A stretch of 15,474 bases of DNA from a virus (IMGVR_UViG_3300029851_000043:1-15474), one strand, 5' to 3'; positions 1 to 8,278 are shown, numbered from the stretch's first letter. The notes: generated by a model not told the origin, from the sequence alone. Numbers and translations are program-made.

Positions 1-99
1 CAAAATAGACGTTACCTATTTTAAAATTTTCTAAAAACAACTTCCAAAAATTATAACGTTTCATTGCGTTAAACATCATTGTGTTAGGTGAGTGGTCTT
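1..99 (+). repeat. Left inverted terminal repeat (ITR)
   Basis: Bases 1-99 are the exact reverse complement of 15376-15474 (caaaatagacgttacctatttt...gtgttaggtgagtggtctt). Identity stops at base 99/100. Confidence 0.97.
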
Positions 100-970
100 T
101 TAAAGTCATACTAAATAAATAAGGACTAAACTTGTCATAATCTGCTGATACAAATATTTTACCGTTCATGGAAATCATTCCAAATACCGAACGTTTCACC
201 ATTATAAATTAATGCAAAACTAAACTTGCTTGAACCGTGTTTTCTTTTCGATAAAATTTTTATTTTTATCAAGGATTTTATTTTTCATTGCGTATTGTTC
301 GTAGAGTGTTCCGTTTTGCAAGTTTACCGAATTAAAGTTTCTTCACGGTCTTTTCGAAATTCTTCATTATTCATATATTGAACCAAAATAAGATTATCTT
401 TGAATAATTTTATATCATTACCAAAAGGAAGTGACAAATCAAAGAATGAAAACAAAGGTGAATATTCAATTCCGTTCAACTGCATTTCCTAAAATAAAAA
501 TTTTTACGTCATTTCTGTTACGAATAATACTGTCTAAAATACCGCATAAGAATCATGCCTTCATTTGGCAAATAATAACGTTTATTTTTTTCAATTGGAT
601 ATTCATCAATTATAATAATTTTCACATTTTGATAAACAGAAGATTTCAAGTCTTGAGCTTCTGTCATACGTTTAGCAAATCCAAACACTTCACCTTCACA
701 ATAAAATTTTCTATTTTTTGCTTCAAGTTTATGTTCTTTAAATTCATCTTTTATATCATCAAAAAAGTCTTTTTGTGTTTTTGTTTTTTCAAATATTTCT
801 TTAAGTTCATTGTCATAACGTCTTAAATAAAGGAATTGTGAATGCTTTTTTATAAATTGTTCAATTACAAATTTTTTTGCACCGTAAGATTTACCGCAAC
901 CACGTTCGCCAATTAAAACATTGACAGGGCAGTTATATGATAAAATTCTATGATAATCATAGTAGTGCAT
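1..970 (-). CDS. phi29 gp16-like DNA packaging ATPase, reconstructed with six +1 shifts at CGG codons; C-terminus runs off the window
   Basis: Start ATG at 970 with SD aaaggaagg upstream; the track's GTG at 979 is too close to the SD. Walker A-like VLIGERGCGKSYG and Walker B-like IIIIDEYPIEK. The track ORF (518-979) stops at ...LMRYFRQYYS*. Shifting +1 at CGG codons at plus coordinates 544-542, 474-472, 329-327, 313-311, 237-235 and 164-162 restores one frame: ..LMxILDSIIRNRNDVKIFILGNAVExIEYSPLFSFFDLSLPFGNDIKLFKDNLILVQYMNNEEFRKDREETLIxKLAKxTLYEQYAMKNKILDKNKNFIEKKTxSSKFSFALIYNGETFGIWNDFHExKIFVSADYDKFSPYLFSMTLKDHSPNTMMFNAMKRYNFWKLFLENFKIGNVYF. This matches phi29 gp16 over its length. Confidence 0.9.
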
Positions 971-1103
971 AGCATTCACCTTCCTTTTAAAATTGCAAAA
1001 TTAGAAGTTTTGTTGCAACCTACCACGGCAAAATTTTACAGGAACGCTCTTCACGTTGGTGGACCTATAAAAACTACAAACAAATTGAACTTATAATTTC
1101 GCT
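971..1103 (-). ncRNA. Structured 5' leader or possible packaging-RNA-like transcript upstream of the ATPase
   Basis: About 130-nt non-coding stretch between a candidate minus-strand promoter and the ATPase. On the minus strand, AGTTTT pairs with AAAACT enclosing CCAC...GTGG and AACG-TGAAGAG-CGTT stems. Hand folding only. Confidence 0.25.
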
Positions 1104-1109
1104 ATATTT

Positions 1110-1139
1110 ATTATATCACAAAAATAAAGAATAATGCAA
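1110..1139 (-). promoter_or_regulatory. Candidate sigmaA-type promoter for leftward transcription
   Basis: Minus strand TTGCAT, 18-bp spacer, TATAAT. Confidence 0.5.
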
Positions 1140-1196
1140 GTAAAAGTGAACATAATATAATTATAAACTTTTTTCAAAAAAGTTTTTAAAAAAGTA

Positions 1197-1225
1197 TTGA
1201 CATTTTAATTTTCTTCATATATAAT
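1197..1225 (+). promoter_or_regulatory. Consensus sigmaA-type promoter for the rightward early operon
   Basis: TTGACA (1197-1202), 17-bp spacer, TATAAT (1220-1225); SD gaaaggg and ATG at 1255 follow. Confidence 0.85.
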
Positions 1226-1254
1226 GAAGAAAATTAAGAAAGGGTGATTCACAA

Positions 1255-1407
1255 ATGAAAATTTATTATTTAGAATTTAAAAATTCTGTAAAATTTTTTA
1301 GAAATGACGCAACCATTGAAATTGAAAAGTCAAAATTACTTGAATTATTTTTGAAAGCAGTATATAAGAAATATGGAAAGAAGGTGAAATTTGAATGTCT
1401 AATTTAA
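1255..1407 (+). CDS. Small hypothetical early protein (50 aa)
   Basis: ATG at 1255 after SD aagaaagggtga; MKIYYLEFKNSVKFFRNDATIEIEKSKLLELFLKAVYKKYGKKVKFECLI*. First gene after the strong promoter; absent from the ORF track. Confidence 0.65.
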   Translation: MKIYYLEFKNSVKFFRNDATIEIEKSKLLELFLKAVYKKYGKKVKFECLI

Positions 1408-1610
1408 AAAATTATGATTTTATAGTAGGTTTTACATTATTTACACCAAAAGGTTTTAAAACAATGTATCGTCATTTTGATAAATTAGAAACGGCAAAAT
1501 TATTTGCATCAAATGTAAATATTAAAGATAATTGTAAAATATATGTAGATTTAGAATATTTTGATAAAAAGGTAGGTGAAAACAATGAAACCACGGAACA
1601 GATGTATTAA
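1395..1610 (+). CDS. Hypothetical early protein (71 aa)
   Basis: ATG after SD aagaaggtg; open frame MSNLKNYDFIVGFTLFTPKG... Confidence 0.7.
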   Translation: MSNLKNYDFIVGFTLFTPKGFKTMYRHFDKLETAKLFASNVNIKDNCKIYVDLEYFDKKVGENNETTEQMY

Positions 1611-1951
1611 AGAGATTTGAAGAAATTAAAAACAAATTTGAAGGTTCAAATAAATATATGCTTACAATAAATTATGAAGATATTAAGGATTTAATTCAAA
1701 TGATAGATTTACTTACAAAAAGAAGTGGAAATGATATTTTATATGAAATTGAAAGTTTAAAATATAAAAATGAAGGATTATGCAGACAAGTAGATTTGTA
1801 TAGATATTTTCCTGAACGTATAAAAGATGAAATTTATAAATTAGAAGATTTTATTAATACTTTTAAATTTATTGATAATACAGAATGTTATGCTTATAAA
1901 GTTGCATTGGAGAAATTAAATTTATTAAAACAAATTTATTATAAATATTAA
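1585..1951 (+). CDS. Hypothetical early protein (about 121 aa), with a +1 shift at CGG codon 4
   Basis: ATG 1585 follows SD aaaaaggtaggtga; ATG AAA CCA CGG(1594-1596)-A then ACA GAT GTA TTA AAG AGA TTT GAA... joins the frame of track ORF 1658-1951, whose internal ATG has no good SD. Without the shift it is an 11-codon ORF. Confidence 0.75.
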
Positions 1952-1966
1952 AGGTAGGTGAAGAAA

Positions 1967-2107
1967 ATGTTTGAAGTAACTTATTCAATGGAAGGTATTA
2001 TTCGTAAAATAATGATAAACGCAAGTGATAGTGTTCAGGCGCAAAATATATTTACAAATATGTATGGTTCAGGAAAAGTTCAAATAATAAATATAAGGAG
2101 AGTATAA
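1967..2107 (+). CDS. Small hypothetical early protein (46 aa)
   Basis: ATG after SD aaaggtaggtgaagaaa; MFEVTYSMEGIIRKIMINASDSVQAQNIFTNMYGSGKVQIINIRRV*. Confidence 0.6.
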   Translation: MFEVTYSMEGIIRKIMINASDSVQAQNIFTNMYGSGKVQIINIRRV

Positions 2108-2109
2108 AA

Positions 2110-2292
2110 ATGGAAGATGAAGAAATAATTATTCAAATTTTTAAAGATTATATTAAGCAATATGAAAAAAGTAATACATTAAGTGTTGCAATGGCCCAAA
2201 ATGGTGAAAATGTTATTTACACAAAAATTAAAATGACAGCTATGCAAAAAGAATTTATGAAAGATTATATTGAACGAAAGGAGAATAAATAA
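2110..2292 (+). CDS. Hypothetical early protein (60 aa)
   Basis: Open frame, SD ataaggag. Confidence 0.65.
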   Translation: MEDEEIIIQIFKDYIKQYEKSNTLSVAMAQNGENVIYTKIKMTAMQKEFMKDYIERKENK

Positions 2293-2293
2293 A

Positions 2294-2521
2294 ATGAAAG
2301 ATGAAATTCAGGACAAGTTAGAAGAAGTATATAATTTTAGAATTGACGTAAAATTCAAAGATTTTAGACAATATGAAATATATGGACGAATAGATAATGA
2401 AAAGGTATTCTGTATTTCAATTTTATATGACGCAAGGGCAACATTAGAAGCAAATATAACAGAAATAAGAAATAGAATTGACGCAGAAATAGTTGAATTA
2501 TTTAGAAGAAAAGAAAATTAA
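2294..2521 (+). CDS. Hypothetical early protein (about 75 aa)
   Basis: ATG at 2294 (MKDEIQDKLEEVYN...) follows SD gaaaggagaa; the track start at 2270 is probably too far upstream. Confidence 0.65.
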   Translation: MKDEIQDKLEEVYNFRIDVKFKDFRQYEIYGRIDNEKVFCISILYDARATLEANITEIRNRIDAEIVELFRRKEN

Positions 2522-2523
2522 AA

Positions 2524-2754
2524 ATGATAAAATTAGAAATAACAATAAAAGAAATAAATTCATTAGATTTTAAAGAAATGACTGCAATAGGAACTGAAGT
2601 TTCATTAAAAGAAATTGGAAAGCAAGCAAGTAAATATGAAAGGGAAGTTAGTAATATTTTGAAAAAACGTTTAAAACTTGATGAAAAAATTCAAGTTGAA
2701 ACTAAAAAAGACGAATTAAAGGCAGAACTTGAAAAATTATTAAAAAGTTTATAA
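2524..2754 (+). CDS. Hypothetical coiled-coil-like early protein (76 aa)
   Basis: Open frame, Lys/Glu-rich, helical. Confidence 0.65.
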   Translation: MIKLEITIKEINSLDFKEMTAIGTEVSLKEIGKQASKYEREVSNILKKRLKLDEKIQVETKKDELKAELEKLLKSL

Positions 2755-2848
2755 TTATTTTATTATAAAGGTTATTGCTAAACCAAAAAAGCAAAATTTA
2801 AATAAATTGCCGTACCTATGCGTAAAATAGGAGAAAGAAGGTTTCATT

Positions 2849-3319
2849 ATGGAAAATGAAGAATTAAAAAATGAAGGAAAGGAAGTTTCAGCACTTGCAA
2901 CTGTTCAAGATTTTGGTGCATTAAGTAAAAGTACAAACACAAAAGCAGAAATGTTCACAAATATAACAGACCAAAAGAAAATATTTAATTTAGATAGTCA
3001 TGTTGACAACTTACTTAATGATTGTGAAGGTGAATTAATAAGAGTTAAAGAAGTATTAATTAAAAGATATAAAAAACCAATGAAAGAACCAGTAATTGAT
3101 GAAGAAACAGGCGAAATTCTAAAAGATATAGAAACAACAATGGCATGTATATTAATTGATGATAATAACAAAAGTTATGCAACAGGTTCAAAGGTTTTCA
3201 CAATTCAAATGATGAGATATTTGCAAATGTTTGGAATAACAGACGAAGGTTTTGAAATTAAAATTGTAAAAAATAAAACAGAAAAAGGCAATAAGTCATT
3301 AGGGTTTGAGCTTGTGTAG
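2849..3319 (+). CDS. Single-stranded DNA-binding-like protein
   Basis: SD aggagaaagaagg. Size, position just upstream of TP/polB, and sequence style (DCEGELIRVKEVLIKRYKKPMKEPVIDEETGEILKDIETTMACILIDDNNKSYATGSKVFTIQMMRYLQMFG) resemble SSB-type proteins of small protein-primed phages. Confidence 0.5.
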   Translation: MENEELKNEGKEVSALATVQDFGALSKSTNTKAEMFTNITDQKKIFNLDSHVDNLLNDCEGELIRVKEVLIKRYKKPMKEPVIDEETGEILKDIETTMACILIDDNNKSYATGSKVFTIQMMRYLQMFGITDEGFEIKIVKNKTEKGNKSLGFELV

Positions 3320-3330
3320 AAATACACAAG
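3311..3330 (+). terminator. GAAA-tetraloop hairpin overlapping the stop of the SSB-like gene
   Basis: CTTGTGTA-GAAA-TACACAAG perfect 8-bp stem, followed by ttcttatc (weak U-tract). Confidence 0.45.
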
Positions 3331-3363
3331 TTCTTATCATAAGGAAAGGAAGGTGACATAATA

Positions 3364-3675
3364 ATGAAAACCACAGTCAAAGGAATTTGCTTAAATTTAA
3401 ATGAAAGTGAATATTATTTTAAATATAAAGGACTTGTTTTTTATTTTTCAAGCGAATTTTATAAAAAGAAATTTGCAGATGAAATTTCAAGTTTTATTGA
3501 AACAGAAACGTTTAAAATTCAAGTAAAATATAATATAAATATAAATTTTGATATTTTATTAATGATTTCATTATATAAGAAAATTGAAAAACGTGGGTTC
3601 AGGGTTTATGATGAAGAAAACAAAAAAGAAATTACACCTTCATGTGGTTTAATTGCAAATATATTAATGTATTAA
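3364..3675 (+). CDS. Hypothetical protein (103 aa)
   Basis: Open frame with SD gaaaggaaggtg. Confidence 0.7.
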   Translation: MKTTVKGICLNLNESEYYFKYKGLVFYFSSEFYKKKFADEISSFIETETFKIQVKYNININFDILLMISLYKKIEKRGFRVYDEENKKEITPSCGLIANILMY

Positions 3676-3690
3676 AGGAAGGTGAAAGAA

Positions 3691-4519
3691 ATGGCAGATT
3701 CACAAATTAATTGGAGACAGGGTGATTTTATACGTTTAGGACAAGCAGTTGCAAGATTTAATAAAAAAATAAATGAATTACAAGCAGAAGAAAATAAGCT
3801 TTATTTACCTGAAACAATTAGTTATAAAGAAGCAAAAGAAAATATTACAACAAGAAGGGAACTAAATAGACTTATAAATTCCTTGCGTAGATTTCAAAGG
3901 GAAGGTGCAGAAGATTTATACACAACACAAAGTGGTGAAGAAATAACAAAATGGGAACGTAGAGAACTTGGGATTCAAAGTAGAATTGCACAAACACGTT
4001 TACAAAATGAACTTAAAACATTAAATGAACCAACGGAAAGTGGTTTTTCAAGAGCGCAAATGGGTTCAATGCGTGTTCGTGAAATAAATGCACAAATTAA
4101 AAATCTAAAAAATATTGAAAGTGCAGTTGGTTATGAGTTTAACCGTTTACGTGAAAGACTTTCACGAATGGGCACAAGTGATTACTCAATGAAAAAGGCA
4201 ATTGTTTTTCGTGAAAATTATTTAAAGGAAATGGAAAAATATTCACATTTTGATAATTACGAAAAACTTATGAAAAAATTAAGGTCATTTACAAATCCTA
4301 TTTCATTCTTTAATTTTGTATCACAAAATGAATTAACACGGTGATTTAACATACCAAAGTGACGAAACATACACGCAACAAGCATTTAATTCATTTGTTC
4401 AGGATTTTGGAATTGAAATTGATGAAGATAGTGTGACTTTAAGTGATTATCAAATGAGAAATAGAAAAGCTTATGTTGATAGTGGTTTCGACCCTGACTT
4501 TGAAGGTTTAATCGAATAG
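3691..4519 (+). CDS. Candidate DNA terminal protein (phi29 gp3-like role), about 275 aa, with a +1 shift at CGG 4339-4341
   Basis: SD aaaggaaggtg, ATG 3691. Helical, Arg/Lys/Glu-rich, directly upstream of polB. 0-frame reads ACA CGG TGA(stop); the +1 frame continues DLTYQSDETYTQQAFNSFVQDFGIEIDEDSVTLSDYQMRNRKAYVDSGFDPDFEGLIE*. Confidence 0.75.
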
Positions 4520-4539
4520 CGAAAGGGGTGAAAATATAT

Positions 4540-6295
4540 GTGAAAAAGTTCACTGCAGATTTTGAAACGGCAGTGTGGAAAGATAACGAAACGTGGGTTT
4601 GGGCATGGGCTTGTGTAGAAATAGGAAATGAAGAAAATCTACAAATAGGAAATAATATTGATGATTTTATAGAATTTTGTAAAAACGAAAAAAACGCTTC
4701 TTTCTATTTTCACAACTTAAAATTTGACGGTGAATTTATTATATATTGGGCGCTAACACACGGATTTTCACACGTGACCGAAAATGAAGATATAAAAGAA
4801 AATACATTTACGACATTAATAAGTGACATGGGGCAATTTTATACAATAACATTATATTTTGAAAAGAAAAATAAAAAAGTTCACAAAGTAACATTTTTTG
4901 ATAGCTTGAAAATTATTCCTTTTTCAGTAGACGCAATTGCAAAAAGTTTTAATTTAAGTATTTCAAAATTAAAAATAGATTATAAAAAAGAAAGACCAAA
5001 AGGTCATGAACTAACACTTGAAGAAAGGGAATATATAAAAAATGACGTTTTAATTGTGGCAAAAGCACTTAAAGTTTTATTTGATGAAGATTTAAAGAAA
5101 ATGACGCAAGGAAGTAATGCATTAAACGATTTTAAACAAATACTTTCAAAGTCAAAATTTTTGCATTATTTTCCACCACTTGATTATGAAGTTGACAAGG
5201 ATTTAAGAAAAGCATACAAAGGTGGATTTACTTATTTAAATCCGATTTATAAAGAAAAAGACGTGCGGACGTGGAACAGTTCTTGACGTAAATAGTTTAT
5301 ACCCTTCTGTTATGTATGAAAAAGAACTTCCATTTGGTGAACCTATATTTTTTCAAGGAGAATATAAACAAGACAAAGTTTATTCTTTATATATTCAAAT
5401 GATAACATGCAGTTTTAAATTAAAGAAAAATAAAATTCCAACTATTCAAATAAAAAATAACCGTTCATTTTTTAAAGCAAATGAATATTTGGAAAATTCA
5501 CAAAATGAAATTGTTTGTTTAGTTTTAACAAATATAGATTTAAAACTATTTTTTGAACAATATGATGTTTACGATTTAGAATATGTATGTGGGTGGAAGT
5601 TTAAGGCAATTCAAGGAATTTTTAAGGATTACATTGACAAATGGATTACAAGAAAAAATGAAGCAACTATTTCAGGAAATAAAGGCCAACGTACCCTTGC
5701 AAAATTAATGCTCAACTCATTATATGGAAAATTTGCAACAAGTCTTGATGTTCAAAGTAAAATTCCATACCTTGGTGAAGATGAAATTATTCATTATTCA
5801 TTGTCGCCAAAAGAACAAAAAGACGGTATTTATTTACCAATTGGCGCTTTTATTACTGCTTATGCAAGAGAAAAGACAATTAGAACAAGTCAGGCGATTA
5901 AAGATTATTCATTAAAAAAATATGGAAAAGATTTATATATTTATAGCGACACAGATTCAATTCATTCTTTACTTCCTATTGAAGAATTAAAACTTTTTTG
6001 TGATATTGACCCAGTAAGACTTGGCGCATGGAAACATGAAGGTGATTTTACAAAAGCACGTTTTGTTCGTCAAAAATGTTATTTAGAAGAAATTGACGGT
6101 GAAATCAATATTACTTGTGCAGGAATGCCTAAAAGTTGTTATGATTTTGTAAAATGGGAAGAATTTAAAACAGGATTTTCATGTGGTGGCAAATTAACAT
6201 TTAAGCATGTAAAAGGTGGTGTAATATTAGTTGAAACAGATTTTACTATAAAAGAAGAAAAGACAATTCATAATATTGTAAACTTTAAAAAATAA
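4540..6295 (+). CDS. Protein-primed family B DNA polymerase (about 584 aa), with a +1 shift at CGG 5266-5268
   Basis: GTG 4540 with SD gaaagggg. Exo I FTADFETAVW, Exo II FYFHNLKFDGEF, Exo III YIKNDVLIVAKAL; after the shift, motif A LDVNSLYPSVMY, motif B KLMLNSLYGKFA, motif C YSDTDSIH, and RQKCY. The +1 shift restores KEKDVx-RGTVLDVNSLYP. Confidence 0.95.
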
Positions 6296-6304
6296 TGCTA
6301 TAAT
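6276..6304 (+). promoter_or_regulatory. Candidate promoter upstream of the lysis/late block
   Basis: TTGTAA, 17-bp spacer, TATAAT with extended -10 TG (TGCTATAAT). Confidence 0.55.
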
Positions 6305-6352
6305 GAAATTACAAAAATATGTTTATAATATATTGTGAAGGAGAAATGAAAA

Positions 6353-6775
6353 ATGGAAAAATTTATTTCACTTTTAAATAATGACGGAATGAAAGTTTTA
6401 ATTGTTGTAATTGTACTTGATTTAATTTTAGGAATTTTACGTGCAATACGTGAAAGAACTGTAAATTCATGTATTGGAATTGATGGAATGATTAGAAAAG
6501 TTGGAATGCTTATTGTTATTGTATTTTTATCAATAATTGACTCAATTATTCATTTTGATTTAATAGGATTTATTCCTAAAATCATAAAAGAAACTTTAAA
6601 ATTAGGACAAGTTGGAATTTCAAATTTATTCAATATTCTATTTATAATATTTGAAATACTTTCAATATTTAAAAATATGATAAAATGTAAGCTTCCGATT
6701 CCTAAAAAATTACAAGTATATCTTGAAAATGTAATGAAAGAATTTACAGGAGAAATAAAAGAAGGTGATAAATAA
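6353..6775 (+). CDS. Phage holin (phage_holin_4 type)
   Basis: 140 aa with several hydrophobic segments; LIVVIVLDLILGILRAI...; located immediately before the endolysin. Confidence 0.8.
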   Translation: MEKFISLLNNDGMKVLIVVIVLDLILGILRAIRERTVNSCIGIDGMIRKVGMLIVIVFLSIIDSIIHFDLIGFIPKIIKETLKLGQVGISNLFNILFIIFEILSIFKNMIKCKLPIPKKLQVYLENVMKEFTGEIKEGDK

Positions 6776-7659
6776 TGAAGGGAATTGATATTTCAGAATG
6801 GCAAGAAAATGTAAATTATTCAAAATTAAAAGAACAAGGAATTGAATTTGCAATAATTCGTTTAGGTTATGGAAAACAAATAAACCAAAAGGATAGTATG
6901 TTTGAAACGCATTTTAAAGGATTAAAAAATGCAGGTATAAAGGTGGGCGCTTTCCTTTATAGTTATGCGTATGTAAAAGAAGGCGCAAAACTTGAAGCAG
7001 AAAATACACTTAAAATTATAAAAGGAAAACAATTTGACTTACCAATTTTTTATGATATGGAAGAAAGTAAACAAGCACTTCTAGGAAAAGAAGTTTTGAC
7101 AGAAATGGCAAATGAATGGTGCAGAATATTAAAAAATGCAGGTTACAAAGCAGGAGTTTATGCAAATTTGAATTGGTTCAAAAATTATTTAAACCCTTAT
7201 GAAATAAAAGCAGAAGGAAATTATATATGGCTTGCACTTTGGAACAATGACGAAAATCCAAATGTTCAATTTCCTGTTGATTTTTGGCAATATTCAAGTA
7301 AAGGAAAACTTGACGGCATAGAAAGTTTTGTTGATTTAGATAAATGTTATTCACAGGATTTTGCACACCCTATGGAAAATAAAAAATCAAATGAAGATTT
7401 AGCAACGGAAGTAATTCAAGGATTATGGGGAAACGGTCAAGAACGTAAAGATAGACTTACAAAAGCAGGTTATAATTATGAAGAAATTCAAAAAATTGTG
7501 AATGACAGATTACTTGGAAATAAAAAATCAAATGAAGATTTAGCAACGGAAGTAATTCAAGGATTATGGGGAAACGGTCAAGAACGTAAAGATAGACTTA
7601 CAAAAGCAGGTTATAATTATGAAGAAATTCAAAAAATAGTAAATGAAAGGTTGAAATAA
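6775..7659 (+). CDS. Endolysin: GH25 muramidase domain plus two Cpl-7-like wall-binding repeats
   Basis: MKGIDISEWQENVNYSKLKEQGIEFAIIRLGYG..., FPIFYDMEE-type motif, WQYSSKGKLDGIESFVDLD; then two copies of NEDLATEVIQGLWGNGQERKDRLTKAGYNYEEIQKIVN. Confidence 0.93.
   Translation: MKGIDISEWQENVNYSKLKEQGIEFAIIRLGYGKQINQKDSMFETHFKGLKNAGIKVGAFLYSYAYVKEGAKLEAENTLKIIKGKQFDLPIFYDMEESKQALLGKEVLTEMANEWCRILKNAGYKAGVYANLNWFKNYLNPYEIKAEGNYIWLALWNNDENPNVQFPVDFWQYSSKGKLDGIESFVDLDKCYSQDFAHPMENKKSNEDLATEVIQGLWGNGQERKDRLTKAGYNYEEIQKIVNDRLLGNKKSNEDLATEVIQGLWGNGQERKDRLTKAGYNYEEIQKIVNERLK
7378..7659 (+). repeat. Tandem 141-bp (47-aa) repeat, two copies (7378-7518, 7519-7659)
   Basis: aataaaaaatcaaatgaagatttagcaacggaagtaattcaaggattatgg... 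repeated with essentially identical nucleotides over most of the unit, diverging near its end. Confidence 0.95.
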
Positions 7660-7663
7660 AAAA

Positions 7664-8278
7664 ATGGCACTAGAACAAAGAACTGGAACTTATGGAACAT
7701 ATTGGGGAAACACTTATAATTCAAGTCAAAGTCTAACATTAGAGCAAGAAAAAATAAATGCGACATATATATGGAACTATTTACGAGAACAAGGCTGGAC
7801 ATTAAATGCAGTTGCTGGAATATTAGGAAATATGCAAAGTGAAAGTGCAATAAATCCTGGACGTTGGGAAAGTGATAGAGTAGAGGGCGACCCAGAAGCA
7901 CATGGATATGGCTTAGTACAATGGACGCCATACACTAAATATACAAACTGGATAGTAAATCAAGGTTTTAGCGACCCGTCAGAAATGGACGCTAACTTAT
8001 ATAGAATAATTTATGAAGTAGAAAATAATATCCAATGGATAGCGACAAGTAGTTATAATTATACTTTTGAGCAATTTACACATTCAACAGATACACCATA
8101 TAATTTAGCTTTAGCATTTTTAGCAAATTACGAAAGACCAGCAGACCCTATTCAACCACAAAGAGGAACTCAAGCAGAATTTTGGTATGAATATTTAGGC
8201 GGAATTACATCTTCAAGTTCAAACAAAAATAAATGGCTAAAATTTAAGTCAAGAAAAAAACGAATAATTTATTGGTAG
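7664..8278 (+). CDS. Tail-associated peptidoglycan-degrading lysozyme (phi29 gp13 N-domain-like, phage tail lysozyme family)
   Basis: NATYIWNYLREQGWTLNAVAGILGNMQSESAINPGRWESD...GYGLVQWTPYTKYTNW. Confidence 0.85.
   Translation: MALEQRTGTYGTYWGNTYNSSQSLTLEQEKINATYIWNYLREQGWTLNAVAGILGNMQSESAINPGRWESDRVEGDPEAHGYGLVQWTPYTKYTNWIVNQGFSDPSEMDANLYRIIYEVENNIQWIATSSYNYTFEQFTHSTDTPYNLALAFLANYERPADPIQPQRGTQAEFWYEYLGGITSSSSNKNKWLKFKSRKKRIIYW

Noticed and set aside
431-826. Plus-strand ORF of 131 aa in the track
   Set aside because: Antisense to the ATPase; low-complexity Phe/Ile/Lys product, and it covers a region where the minus strand encodes a conserved protein.
1-970. ATPase as a decaying pseudogene
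   Set aside because: Conserved motifs persist to the window end with no other stops or substitutions in key sites; all breaks are of one type (+1 at CGG).
5724-5915. Nested ORF inside DNA polymerase
   Set aside because: Overlaps the conserved motif B region in another frame; no independent coding evidence.
7178-7366. Antisense ORF inside endolysin
   Set aside because: Covered by a well-supported gene on the other strand.
7629-7931. Antisense ORF over tail lysozyme start
   Set aside because: Overlaps supported genes; no recognisable domain.
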